Source of the DNA: Felis catus
Lineage: Eukaryota
Reading direction: 5' to 3'
DNA length: 64,000 nucleotides
NCBI RefSeq assembly: GCF_018350175.1
Contig: NC_058382.1
Span: forward strand, 59,584,001 to 59,648,000
Shown here: positions 1 through 13,420 of the stretch, piece after piece
How positions within the stretch are numbered: position 1 is the stretch's first letter
Layout: every line of letters starts with the position of its first letter
Notes under the pieces: generated by a model
Database searches by the model: none
What the model saw: the letters and a program-made list of their open reading frames with translations, nothing else
What the model was told of the DNA's origin: nothing
Program-made: the position numbers and the translations under genes

Positions 1-185
1 GTCACGATCTCGCGGTCCGTGAATTCGAGCCCCGCGTCGGGCTCTGGGCTGATGGCTCAGAGCCCGGATCCTGTTTCCGATTCTGTGTCTCCCTCTCTCT
101 CTGCCCCTCCCCCGTTCATGCTCTGTCTCTCTCTGTTCCAAAAATAAATTTAAAAAGTTGAAAAAAAAATTAAAAAAAAAAAAAG
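1..185 (+). mobile_element. Can-SINE (SINEC_Fc-type), 3' part
   Basis: tRNA-derived body (ttcgagccccgcgtcgggctctg), CT-rich tract, AATAAA and poly-A tail. Confidence 0.9.
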
Positions 186-189
186 AGAA

Positions 190-510
190 AACCACAGTGA
201 TCAAGATGGTGGTAGGAGCATCGGGACTGACAAAAACATCGATGAAATGAAACGGAGAGCCCAGAAACAGACCCATTTAGCTGGTCAGCTGATTTTTGAC
301 ATATATGTCCAAGCCACACAATAGGAAAAAAAAAGTCTCTTTCACAAATGATGCTCAAACAACTGGACAGCCATGTGGAGAAAAGGAACCACGATCCCGG
401 CCTCACACCACACACAAGAAATCATTCTGGATGGGCCACAGACCCAAACATAGCATGAAGCTACCATGCTTCTGAAAAGAGCAGAATCTTTGTAACTTAG
501 GGATAGGCAA
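190..510 (+). mobile_element. LINE-1 ORF2 3' fragment (degenerate)
   Basis: Resembles L1 sequence (gagagcccagaaa...ctgatttttgaca...agtctcttt...aactggacagccatgt...cctcacaccacacaca); interrupted by SINEs. Confidence 0.7.
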
Positions 511-514
511 TGTT

Positions 515-748
515 TTTTGTTTTTTTGTTTTTTTAAGTTTGTTTTTGAGTGAAAGAGAGCATGTGCACACGTGCACACAAGCGGGGGAGGGGCAGAGAGA
601 GAGAGAGAAGGAGATACAGAATCTGAAGCAGGCTCCAGACTCTGAGCCTTCAATGCAGAGTCCGAAGCAGGGCTTGAACACACGAACCTCAAGATCATGA
701 CCTGAGCCGAAGTTGGACACATAACCGGCTGAGCCACCCAGGTGCCCC
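515..748 (-). mobile_element. Can-SINE
   Basis: Reverse-complement SINE ending gagccacccaggtgcccc. Confidence 0.9.
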
Positions 749-811
749 TAATTTGTGAAGGTTTTTCTTTTACGGTTATTTTTCTGTATCTTAAAAAACA
801 CTGCCTGTCCC

Positions 812-1230
812 AGGGCGCCTGGTTGGCTCAGTCACTTAAGAGTCCAACTCTGGCTCATGATCTCACAGTTTGTGAGTTCAAGCCCCACACCAGGATCACT
901 GCTGTCAGTGCTGAGACTGCTTCGAACCCTCTGTCCCCCGCTCTTTCTGCCCCTCCCCCACTCATTTTCTCTTCTCTCAAAATAAATAAACATTAAAAAA
1001 AAAGAAAACTGGGGCACCTGGGTGGCTCAGTTGGTTGGGCATCCATCTTTGGCTCAGGTCAAGATCTCACAGCTTGTGGGTTTGAGCCCCACATCGGGCT
1101 CTGTGCTGACAGTTCAGTCTTGAATCTGCTTGGGAGTCTGTGTCCCCCTCTTTCTGCCCTTCCCCCTACTCACACACTGTCTCGCTCTCTCTCTTACTCT
1201 CAACTATAAATAAATAAGGGGGAAAAAAAA
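812..1230 (+). mobile_element. Two tandem Can-SINEs (about 812-1005 and 1011-1230)
   Basis: Two gggcgcctgg..ggctcag heads, each with a CT tract and an A-tail. Confidence 0.88.
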
Positions 1231-3349
1231 ACACTTGACAAATTATACTTTACCAAAGTCAAAAGCTTCCACTCAAATGGCTGAACTCATGGAGGAAAGG
1301 CCCTCAAAAACTCAAACCGATAAGCAACAGATAAAAATGGAATTGAAGTATAAATGAGCAAGGACTTTGATGTTACCATGGTGAATAATCAGACCTGAAC
1401 TAAATACCACGGAAGATGGCTTGTGAGGAGTCATAATCTTATTTACTTTGCATGAAAAGGTCAGAGTCATTAGAAATAGCAACCAGGCCCAATTACTCAG
1501 AACAAAGGCCTTTGAAATATGTTTATTATGCAATTATCTCATGAGAGGTGCATGCACAAGGAAAACACAGGAGCCCGGAACACAGAAGACAAGAACAATG
1601 TTTCCCAGAGCTTGCTCACCACGTGCTGGCGCCATATAACCATCGTGTTCATCTTCACAGCAGCCCGGGAGACAGGTGCTAGCATCTTCCCCATCCTACA
1701 GAGGTGTGGGCCTTCGGAAACCCTTCCTATGTCACCAGGAGTAGGTGGCAGAATCACACCTCATCCAAAGTCCACGTGCTCCCTGGCCTTGCTTCCACCA
1801 GGGCCACCGTCAAGGCCGGGAGGAGCACAGGAAGCAGGGGGCTCACCCGCCCTGGTGGGCTGTGAACGTGAACCAGCAAACTGACGACACCTAACAAGAA
1901 TCTGGAACATCTTCAGGGCCTTTTACCTGGCAATCCCACAACTGTATGGTCCAAAAACCAGGTAAGGTTTTTGCACAGAGTTCAGGCAGTTCAGTTCCAG
2001 GAAGAAGCCTGGCGTCTCTCCCAGGCGGCCGTGGCCAGGCCTGGTGCTAAGACTTTCACATGCTGTGCCCTACTCAGCCCTCCAACTCATGTGGGTTCTG
2101 CGGGTAACTGCATGGCCCCATTTCACAGGTAAGGACTGAGGCTCTCAGAGAGCAAGTCACTTGAGCACGTGGTCAGGAGGGCAGTGGGGAAACACAAACA
2201 CCTGAGCACAGACCCCATGCCCGACTGCAAGAGAGAGGATCACTCTCATAGAGTCAATGACCTCAGGTGACAGATGGGATGCTGCGGTCAAACTGCAGTT
2301 TGTAAACAATTCTAATGAGACTGGGAAGTATTTCTGGAACAGCTAAACAGCTTTAAAAAAAAAAAAAAAGACCCAAATTAGATAGAGTTAGATTGTAATT
2401 ACATAAAAAAACAATTTGGAGAACATGAAGGGATAACACAGGACAAGCACAGGGGCTGACCCTGCGTGGGGCTCCAGTGAATTCGTATTTGATGATCAGA
2501 AGGTGACATTTCAATGCTCAGGTGAAAAAGTACAAAAGACAAAAAAAAAAAAAAAAAAGCAAAACAAAAGCATCTTGCGTCCCGTTCAGGAATGTAGCGC
2601 GAGAATCTCTCCACACGACAGAGCGCCAGGAGCGAGGCCTGGTCGGGAGGGATGACGGACACCCACAGCATCTCAGGGGTGGGGCCTGCCCATCCTGCCT
2701 CCCTCCTCTCTTCCCCATCTCTGCTCCTCCTCGCAGCCCCGATTTCCAGAAACCTCAGGCTGGGGGCTGGACTGGCAGAGGGTGAGCAGGGAAGACGGCA
2801 GCTGGGCCTGGCTGTCATCTAGTGACGGAGGCCAGAGGAGGCAAGTCTGCGTGGGCCCAGGAGCCTGCCCTGCTCACAGAACCCAGGAGAGGGGCTGCGG
2901 TTTGTGGAGCACGCACAGGTCCCCCGGGGCATGCCATGAGGAGCAGGCTGAGGGCATCGCGGCCTGACTCGCGTCTGAACTTGGCATTCAGAGGTGCACA
3001 CGGCGGGCAGAAACCCCGGGCCTGGAGCTGGGTGGGAGAAGCGGAAGGGCTGGTGAGCAAGACTCGGTGTATGTGCCAGAGACCCACGGGGCACCTGCAG
3101 CGTATGAGCCAGAGACCCACGGGCCACCCGGGGGCAGCACTTCTCAGAGAGCCCAGCCGCCCGGCATCCCTCACAGGCTCTTGTGGTGCCACAGAGAACG
3201 AAGGAGAGCAGGGTGCCAGGCCGGCCCCTGGGGGCGTGAGGACTCCCCCGTCCCCGGGGAAGACTGCACTTGCTGCCATGGTCCCCTGCTAGCCCTCTTG
3301 GCCGCCAGGAGCTCTCAATCCCCTGGGAAGTGCCCTCTGGGCCCAGAAT

Positions 3350-3565
3350 TTTATTTTTCATATGTTTATTTAATATTTTTGAGAGAGACAGAGACAGCAC
3401 AAGCAGGGGAGGGGCAGAGAGAGAGGAAGACACAGAATCCGAAGCAGGCTCCACGCTCCAAGCTGTCAGCACAGAGCCCGACGCGGGGCTCGAACCCACC
3501 AACTGTGAGATCATAACCTGAGCCGAAGCCGACGCTCAACTGACAGAGCTACCCAAGCGCCCCAG
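3350..3565 (-). mobile_element. Can-SINE
   Basis: Reverse-complement SINE flanked by gggcccaga(a)tttt target-site-duplication-like repeats. Confidence 0.88.
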
Positions 3566-5347
3566 GGCCCAGATTTTTAAATGACCGTCAGCCATTAGAG
3601 CACAGGGCAGCCAGAGTCCGGGGCTCAGCCCTTCGCCTCAGCGCTCAGAGCTAGCAGGACACATGGCGATGTCCCCCCCACGGCCTGTCCTCTCTCCCTG
3701 GAGCCTGGAGCCATCCTCTGGATCCAAAAGACTGAACGAGAAAGTGAAGACGTCACCGGCTGACACACAAATCCACAGGAGAACCCCATCCCCACACAGC
3801 TGAGGGGAGACAGAGACAAGCAGCAGACAGCAGAGCAGCTAAGTGGACAAAGTGACCACAGGGCCAGACGGCAAGCTCTCCCACCACAGCAACTCCAGGC
3901 TGGCTCACTGGGGACCTTGAGGTCCCGCCGCTCTGCCCTGCCCGGGGACCGTCTGCCTGGGGACAGGGCGCGGCCCTCTGCTCTGCACGGGGGACGGTCT
4001 GCCCATCCTCTCGGATGGGCCGGGCAGGGGAGAGAGAGATGCCTCTGACTACATAAAAGTTAAAAACACATAAACGTTAAAAAAAACTCCTGGAGAAAAA
4101 CACACTATGAATCAAACCAAAAGACAAAATAATGAATAAGAAATGACTTGCAACTCACACCTTGAACGATTCATTTCCCCAGACGATAAGCTGCTACGAG
4201 TCAATTAGAAACATCAAGCGGAAAAAGAAGCAAGGATGTTTCCTAACGTTCAGAGGAGGAGCCACGGGGAGCCCTTGCTCATGCCCCTCACCTCAGCCTC
4301 GGCTGAGGTCGCGGTACGGGAAACGCAAAAGGACCCCAGAGCCAGGAGACCAGCAAGGCCGTGCTCCTGCCTCACAGGCACTCGTTCCTAGTTTCCACCC
4401 ACAAAGGACTGGAGTCACTGCTTTCACAATCGAAGTTATACATTCCACTTCCCGATCGGCGAGCCCACACACAGAAGGCGGCGGCCAAGAACTTTTCCCG
4501 ACCCCGGCATATGTCCCTCCAGAAACACACCGCACGGTCCCTTTACAGTCTCGACAACTGAGGAGTGTCTACTCTCGGGAAACACGCGGACGTCTTCTGC
4601 TGAAACGTGAACTACAGCAACACCTGCGTGTTGTGCGTGCGACGTACGTGCAATCGTCGGTGACACTGTTGTGAAAGAATAGAGCATTTCCATCACGTGC
4701 CACATATTTGAGGAAACAGGGACCTCCTCCGCCTTCAAGGGATTCCAGTGAGCGTGTGCGTGCACTCTTTACACGAAGACACGCGTACGTGTGTGCTTAC
4801 GTTCAATCTCCCTGCACTTCTCTGGCTGACAGGGAAGCGACCGGACTCAGAACCTGACCGAGAAATGCAGGCCCAACCAATAACCATCAGTTCAGGGAGC
4901 ATCCGACACTTTAAAAATTCAAGTTTTCCTTAGGATGTTTTGAAATGGCAGTGTGACTTAGGTCCTCAGAACACAGAAACTCAAAGGCAATATGAAATTA
5001 CTTGTGCATATAAAAGGAAGTCCAAAGAAACTCACGAGTGAAGCTCGGAGACAGGCCTCCCCTCTGTGTGGCCATGACGTGGAAATGTCAGCCACGAGGC
5101 CCGTCTGCCGGGAGAACACAGAGGCTCCAGAAAAGCCGTCTGGTCTCCCCACGCACGCACACGCGAGAAGAATCTCCAACAGCACCTGGACTCTCTCGCC
5201 AAAGGGGCAAAGGGGAGCCGCTCAGAGAAAACTACTTCTCTTCGCTCCGCCTGTTCTCAGGGGTGGCGGGTAACGAAAGCCCGTGGCCGTGTACCCGCAC
5301 ACACGGTGCCCTTTCCGACGGACGGGGCAGGGGAGACGACCCTCTCA

Positions 5348-5482
<135 letters not shown>

Positions 5483-6134
5483 TCACGACAAAGGAGAGGG
5501 GAACAGGTCAGTCACGGCACGCCGGGCAGGCAGCCGGGGCAGCGCGATCAGCCTCTCCGGCACGGACACCCCCTGCACGCGTACGGAAGCCCAAGAGCCG
5601 CCGAATCGTGGCCAGTCCCAAGAAGGGAGCTCAGGGCTGCCTGGACGCGCACCTCCTCCTCAGAGGACAGTGCATCTGGGAGGCTTTTCCAAGGCGACAC
5701 GTCACAGCACAGCTAAGGGGCTGCTGTTTCACACGGGCTCACTGGGGTGGCGGTTCGCCAAACCATTATCAGAGAGCAGAGTGTTTTATTCCAAGTTGAT
5801 ACTCTTTCAAAGAGGAAACCTGGGAGCGGTGAGGAATCATGGCAAAAAGGACGGTTACGACCGAACACAGAATCCCTGGCAGGTCCCAGCGAGTGAGTCT
5901 CTGAGGGGCTACATCACAGCACCATCACGTCGGGAACACACCCCAGGGGCAGGGCTGAGCCCCCACTTCCTCCCCTGTCTGCTGCTCTGCGTGCACACGG
6001 GCCTGCAGCTGGGAACCCCACGGCCAGCTCAGCCAACACCGCACCCCCGCTGCCACTGGGACCGGGGGCGACAGAGGAGCCCAGCCCCATGCCTGCACTC
6101 GGCTACTGTATGTAAGGGAGCCCCGGGCGCTCAC

Positions 6135-6302
6135 CTGGATGTGGCCATTGTGGGGCCCTCTGTGGCCATACATGCACTCCACCGTGGCAGACTTTCTCTC
6201 CATCAGGTGGACCCTGAACAAGGGCTTGAATCGCATGGGGTCGTCCACATGAGGGTCGTGGGGAGGCAGGTACATCCAGCCAATGATGAACAAGCCGTCC
6301 AC
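6135..6302 (-). CDS. FBXO31: FBXO31 coding exon 4
   Basis: cag|GTG...CAG|gtgagc; 168 nt; encodes VDGLFIIGWMYLPPHDPHVDDPMRFKPLFRVHLMERKSATVECMYGHRGPHNGHIQ. Confidence 0.97.
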
Positions 6303-6534
6303 CTGTGGTGAGGAGGAAGGGCACAAGTCCACGTGAGATTTAGGCTGAGGGGCTGAGGCAGAAGGTCTCCACCCCACACTGCCCTCGAGGACCACCCTCG
6401 TCCCCACACCACAGCCCCGCCCAGAATCTTGGGGCCCGGGAACACACAGTCTAGCGCACCAGGATGAACATGGCCCACCTACCAAGTGCTTGTTGTTTCA
6501 AAAGTAGTTACTTTTCATAAACACGGTGACTGAG

Positions 6535-6850
6535 TCTTCTAAAAGAGTAGAACTTAAGTGTTCTCACTCAGAAAAGAACGGACAGAAATGGGAAGTGGAG
6601 GACGTACTCGTCACTAGATGGCAGGAATCCTTGCACAAAGAACACAAATATCACCAAGATGTATTCCTCACGTAGCCCACAACTTTGTCAATTACACCTC
6701 AACGAGGCTGAAAATAAACACATACCTGCACCATTATCTACAGTAGCCAAGATATGGAAACAGTCTAACTGTCCGTCAACAGATGAATGGATAAAGACGT
6801 AGTGGGTACACAGTGGAATACTACTCAGCCGTAAAAAAAGAATGAAATCT
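6535..6850 (+). mobile_element. LINE-1 3' fragments
   Basis: gtagccaagatatggaaaca...acagatgaatggataaag...cagtggaatactactcagccgtaaaaaaagaatgaaat, the canonical L1 ORF2 end. Confidence 0.8.
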
Positions 6851-6851
6851 T

Positions 6852-7070
6852 GGGGCACCCAGGTGGCTCAGTCGGTTAAGCGTCCGACTCTTGGTTTCGG
6901 CTCAGGTCACGATCTCACGGTTCATGGGTTCGAGCTCCCCATCAGGCTCTGCACTGACAGCACAGAACCTGCTTGGAATTCTCTCTCTCCCTCTCTCTGC
7001 CCCTCCCCCGTTCACGCACACGCACTCTTTCTCAAAATAAACTTTAAAAAGCGAAAAATAAAAAAATAAA
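6852..7070 (+). mobile_element. Can-SINE
   Basis: ggggcacccaggtggctcagtcggttaagcgtccgac... with A-tail. Confidence 0.9.
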
Positions 7071-8054
7071 ATGCCTGAAAATCAGAAACAAACTGAGAAG
7101 ACAGATGCCGTGGCTGTGCAACACGCATGATAACTGTGGGTGTGCACGCTGCCATGGCTCTTTGGTGCCTGCAAAGTGGTGGCAGCCAGACAGGGACTGG
7201 ACTGGGGCGGGGGAGGGGTGTCCCGGGCAAGGAGCTTGGGGGCGCTCCCATCACTCCTGTGGCAAACCGGTCTGACAAGGGCAAGCCAACACTCTTTTGT
7301 CATGGCTCCATTCTCCCCTAATTACCCCCTCCTTTCAGAAGCTGCAATTTCTTTTTTACTCTATTACTCACTGCCAGGAAGAAAAACAATTATCACCCTC
7401 CCCGCCTAAAGAAAGGAAAGCAGTCTGCCCACGCTGGGGAGCAGACTGGCTTGTCCTGGAAGGAACGTTCTAAATGCAAGGCTTTCCCCAGTGATGTTGA
7501 ACATAAATATAAAGCATGTTTCTTAATGGATGTTTCCACTGCATCGTAAAGAATATGAAGCAATATTTATCCTTGTCCAACCCCCACCTGGTGAGCAAAC
7601 CACAGAGTGACAGAGCTCTTGGGGCCCCCAGGTGACTCAGCTGAGCCAGGCTCTGAAGAGCCCACGCCGAGGCTACGCAGGGCCCCAATGTGCCGTCTGT
7701 TACTATCATGCGCTTGTGGCGGGGCCCGTGGACTCACCAAGAGCGTGTGCAAGCAGAGGGGGAAGCAAGATCAGAACACGGGCGCTCCCCAAAGGGCACC
7801 AGACTCCATTCACACTGGAGCACCAGCGGCAGTGACACAGGGGTCAGGCACGTGCACACCCCCAGCCCTGGGGCTTCTGCTAAGAGCACATGGCGAGCCC
7901 GAGGAGGGAGGACAGCCACGCTGGAGACCCAGCAAAGCACCGCATCCTACAATACAGATGCCTGTAAAGCACTAGAACTGAGCAGCTACTATTCAAACCA
8001 GGACAGGCAAGCGACGGAGCAGCACGTAAAAATGAAGCTACAAGACTTTCTCCT

Positions 8055-8520
8055 GGGGCGCCTGGGTGGCTCAGTCGGCTGAGCGTCCGACTTTGGCTCA
8101 GGTCATGATCTCACGGTCTGTGAGTTAGAGCCCCGCATCGGGCTCTGTGCTGACAGCTGGGAGCCTGGAGCCTACTTCGGGTTCTGTGTCTCCCTCTCCC
8201 TCTGGCCTTTCCCCATTCATGTTCTGTCTCTCCCTCTCTCTCAAAAATAAACATTTAGGGGCGCCTGGGTGGCCCTAGTTAAATTAAGTGTCTGACTTCA
8301 GCTCAGATCATGATTTCACAGTTCGCGAGTTCGAGCCCTGTGTCGGACTCTGTGCGGACAGCTCAGAGCCTGGAGCCTGCTTCAGATTCTGTGTCTCCCT
8401 CTTTCTCTGCCCCTCCCCCGCTCACACTCTGTCTGTCTGGCTCTCTCACAAATAAATAAACACTAAAAAAAAATTTTTTTTAATAAATAAGTAAACATTT
8501 TTTTTAAAAAAATAAAAAGA
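8055..8520 (+). mobile_element. Two tandem Can-SINEs (about 8055-8255 and 8258-8520)
   Basis: Two ggggcgcctgggtgg heads with CT tracts and tails. Confidence 0.9.
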
Positions 8521-10294
8521 CTTTCCTCCTGCTTAGGACCAGGGTGCTTACAACAGCCCCTCCTGCAGATACCAGCTGGGAAGTCTGCACACACAGCAGT
8601 TCGAATGCTGCCTGAAGACACCAGGGGCCCCAAGACAAGGACCAAGGGCCTGAAAAGAAGGGACAGGTGAGCCAAAGGGGGCAGGGCCTCCCACCCCTGG
8701 GTCTCAGGCCCCTGACTACTCCTGGCAGAGGGTGGCAGGGTGGTGGGGTGGTGGAGCCCCCAAGGCTGCCACGGAAGCCACGGCTCTAGGGCAGGATCCC
8801 CAAGTGTGCATAGCTCTGCCCTTGAGGCACCTTCCGGATCCTAACCCGTGAGGCTGGGAGATGGGGAAGTCAAGCAGAAAGTGGCTGCTGAGAGGCCAAC
8901 CAGCCAGGAGAAGCTTCAGCGGTATCTGTGCCCTGCTGGGAATACAGGCCCTGGAGAGGAGGTGCCTAGGCTCTCTCAGGTGACAACCTGGTCAGAGCCA
9001 AGTGTTCTGCTGGCTATGAACCCAGGCCAGAGGCCAGGGACCCTCCTGGGGAGAGCAGCAGCCACGGCCATGGGTGCGGGCAACGCCAGGCCATGCCTGA
9101 AAATCCAGAGGAAAAAGTCTGTAAAGTGAACTGGAGGTCACAGACTTTAAAGTAACTTTGCCTCCTCATGTATTCTACAAGACAAGGAAGAGGGAAAAAC
9201 CTCACCAGAAGCACAGGAAACAAAGCCAGACTTGCATCCTTGCCACGGTGGAATAACGGGGGCTGCTGTGAACACAAATGCGACCACGGCCAACACGCAG
9301 CGAGGGGCTGTAACCCCTGGCCACGCTCTGGATTCCTGCCAGAGGCACCTGCCAGACCCCAGAGCAGAGAGGGGCACAGGCAAACAGAGAAAACAGAGAC
9401 TGGGCTTCGAGGTGGCTGGCGTGCTGGAGCACGGGGGTCAGAGTCCCAGAAAGGAGGGAGCTGTGTGGAGAAAGACCCCCGGGATCTGCCGAGGGGCCCG
9501 CGCTCTGGCTGAACACCGAGCCCAGGACAGGCTGGGCACACGCTGGACAACCCCCCGGGTCGGACAGGTCTTGAGATGTCCCAGATGCAAGCAGCAGAGA
9601 TGAGGGCCTCCAGGAACCCCCGGGGCACGGTCAGGGGTGCCCCAGCACCGGGACTTAGACACAGAGCTAAAGCACGCCTCTACCTGCAGACCCCCCGACC
9701 GCCTGACCTGCCTGACCACGTATGAGGGAAGAGAATCACCCAGCTCCTCAGTATTGAGTGACAGTGTCCGCCTCCACAGGGAAAAGAACCGGCCTGCAGG
9801 AGACGGAAAAAGGGCGGACAGACAGAATCAGGAAGTCTAGGTGGCTGAAACAAGAAACACTACGGTCTGGCGGGGAAAAGCTCTCAGGAGACAGGATCAG
9901 GCTACTGGCACAACCAAGCACCTACACGCACCCCCACTGGGCAAGCTGTCCCCTTTGGTCCTCTTCTGCCGGCCCTGGTCCCCTTTGTCCCCAGGAGCAC
10001 AGGCCTCAGCTCATCATCCCTTCCTGCCTACGGTGAGCCGGCACTCAGCAGGCAGAAGGCAGTTCTTCTGGGGCCTGGCCCCCAGGAGGGTCTGTGTGAA
10101 GGGGTGCCCACGATCACATTCAGGTTGTGTATTTTTGGCAAGGATCCACAGAAGGGAGGCTAAGTCCATCGAGTGAAACCAGGAGAGGCCTGAGGTCAGA
10201 GTCCCACTGCCAGTTAGCTAACGGGGATCACCGCGATGGGTGCTGTTGGCCACATCTCCCCCCCGTAAAGGCCTCTTCCTCCTTGTAATCATGA

Positions 10295-10737
10295 CCGCTA
10301 AACAGTAGCCCCCAAAGAAGTCCCCGGAACCCATGAACGTCACCACCCTATACTGCCAAACGAGGATTTTACAAACGTGAAGTTGAAGATCTTAACAAGA
10401 GATGGCTGGGGCTCACCCGGGGCCTCAATGCAATCACTGCATTCCCGAGACAGGGAGGCAGACTAGGTCTGAGACACACAGAGGGGAGAGGCCGTGTGGG
10501 GTCGGGGGCAGAGGCTGCAGGGGTGCAGCCACAGTCAAGGGACACCTGGGCCTCGCAGCTGGGAAGAGGCAGGGAGGACCCTCCCCCAGAGCCTTCAGAG
10601 GGAGAGCGGCGACCCCACGACACCCTGGTCTCAGCCTGGTTAATACTGAGGACGTCAGGCTTCCAGATGAGTGACAGAATCCACTGGTGGTAGTTTGGTA
10701 ATTTGGCCCCCGGAAGCTAAGACAGCGAGTAATACAG
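10295..10737 (+). mobile_element. MLT1-type (MaLR) solo LTR
   Basis: Typical MLT1 motifs (gcccccaaaga...ggaagaggcag...cccccagagccttcagagggag...tggtaatttg...aataca); subfamily not determined. Confidence 0.7.
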
Positions 10738-11360
10738 GATTTGTGGGGAGAGGCTCGCAGATTGTGGAAATACAGTTTCCCCCAAAGTGCCCACCGCTGG
10801 TTTTCCCATCCATCAAGGACCCTGGCCTGACCCCAGTGTTACTATGGTGGGTGAACCCCACTTTCCGACTCCGCTGAGGCTTCCAGTCGGCACCAGGCCC
10901 GCCTGGTCCCAGGGCCACCGTGCCTCCCAGGTGACTCACCAGGACACTGCACCCCAGCCCGCCGTCCTGGCCACTGAACTGCGTCTTATTCGTGGGACAG
11001 GCACTCGCGAGCGTTAGTGGAACGATAAAAAGTCCGCATGACGAGTCACAGCTGGGGCACGCCTCGGGGCACAGAGACGGGGCCGCCAGGGTCAGAGGGT
11101 GACTGTTTACGGCTCCAAGGGGCCCCTGATTTAGGACAAGAAGTGAGTGCACAACCCAAAACTAGCGTGTCCTGCTGGCGTGAACACAACGGCCGAGATG
11201 TCTGCAGGCAGGGACCAGGATGAGGGAGGGAGGACACCCTGTGGCTCCTCACCACGAAGTCCAAGGTCGCAGTGAGAACCTTTGGTCATTTACAAAATCG
11301 CAAGTCACCTAAGGGGGCTCCCTGTGACCACCGGGCGGCGCCTCGGGGAGAAGACCACTA

Positions 11361-11573
<213 letters not shown>

Positions 11574-11964
11574 CTAACAGAGCCTCGTGCGCAAATGTGG
11601 ACCCAAGCAGATCTTTGCAAAGGTTTCTAGAGAATTCTAAGAATGAAATGTCTTTCGAACCCTTAACAAAACAGACAACTGGACCATTCTGAAACCTAGC
11701 CTCTAAGTGATCAGTGCCGGTGACTGCTGCCTTGAAAGACACAGAGGGAGCACCCCTGTAAAGTGGGGAGCCTCCCATCAGCGGGGGAGTCAAAGACTGG
11801 GACACCTCCCTCCTGGGGACACGACAGAGGGGACACTGGCATCTGTACGCGAGACGTGTCCATAAAGCAGTTAGGCCAAAATTCCCACCAGAGTCAACTG
11901 CACGCTGTCTTGTCTGGGCAACAGGTGCCCACGTGTGACCCACGACAACACATTTACAGCAGGT

Positions 11965-12387
11965 GCATCTGAGAGGGTGTTTCCAGACAAGGTTAGCATT
12001 TAAATCCGCACACTGAGTAAAACCAACCGCCGTCCCCAACTGGGTGGGCCTCATCCAATCAGTGGACAGCCTGGAAAGAAAGGCTTTTCCCCAAGGAGGG
12101 GACACCTGCCTGACCCCGTGAACTGGGACATCAGTCTTTCTAACTTGGGACATGAAAGGAAACATGGGCTCCTCCAAGGTCTCGAGCCTGCCAGATTTCA
12201 GACTTCAACTACACCCTCAGCTCCTCTGGGAGCTGGTCCCAGGGCCACCATGCCTCCCAGGTGACTCACTGATGGCAGACCTTGGGACTTCTCAACCTAC
12301 ATTCACTGTGGGACCCAATTCCTTACAACAAATTTCTTCACATAAAGGAATGGCTCTGTTTGTCTGGAGAACCCAGGCTGATGCACA
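11965..12387 (+). mobile_element. MLT2-type (ERVL) LTR fragment
   Basis: gggtgtttccaga...gggtgggcctcatccaatcagt...gaactgggacatcagtctt...ctgtttgtctggagaaccc. Confidence 0.7.
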
Positions 12388-13227
12388 GGGGGAGGCAGGG
12401 ATGGGCTGGACGGCACGATCGCATCATTCTGCGGGAAGCAAGACCCAACCAGCAGAGCCAGCGGGACTGGAGACGGGCTGGCAGCTCTCAGGTCTCCACT
12501 GTGTCTGGAGTGCAGGGAGGAGGAAAGTGAGGCCAGAAGCAGCCCAGGCCTTTGAAGTATGCAGACAGCTGGCGGGCAGCTACCCGCTGTCACCCGAGGT
12601 TCCAGCCTGTTAACACAGGTTTCTAAATGAGCCTTTACTGTCTCCCAGACACCTGCCATTCATCCCGTGCGCAGTCTTCTGAGTCGGTTTACAAGATGCA
12701 CAGTAAAGTCGGTCTGGCTAATTTACGGTCACACCCGGATAGGTTTTGTGTTTAACACACAAGCAATAATCAGCAGGACCAGGAACCATAAACAAACAAG
12801 CTGCAGACTGACGTATATACTCAAGGGTTCAGGGGTGAAATATGACAGCATCTGCCACTTACTCTGAAGTGCATCAATCGAGCAGGATGACGGAGAGATG
12901 GGTGGATGGAAAGCTGTGAGATAATAAAGCGTCACAGACGGTTGTAGAATCAGGTGATGGCAAGCGGGTGTTTGCTCTATGATCCTTTTGGTAGACTTTT
13001 TAATTTTCATGATAAAACACGGGAGAATAAAGTCAATGGGCCCATTCAGCATGACCCTCTCCTCTCCTATCCCCCTCCCCTAGTCCCCAACTTGACTGCA
13101 AGCAACAGTCTGTTCTTTCCAAATCAGTCTATGACCACACAGCTCCTGGACCACTCAAAGACCACACAAGACTCTTAGCAACTTTGAAAGGAGACCTCCC
13201 TCTTTTCCTTTAAAAGCCGCAGCTCTG

Positions 13228-13420
13228 GAGGCACTTGGGGGGCTCGGTCGGTTGAGTGTCGGATTCTTGTTTCGGCTCAGGTCATGATCAGGGTGGTGAG
13301 ATCGAGCTCTACATCAGGCTCCACACTGAGCACGGGGCCTGTTTGAGGTTCTCTCTCTCCCTCCCTCTGCCCCTTCCACACACACACACTCTCTCTCTCT
13401 AAAAAAAATAAATAATAAAA
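13228..13420 (+). mobile_element. Can-SINE
   Basis: Diverged SINE body with CT/CA tract and A-tail. Confidence 0.8.
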
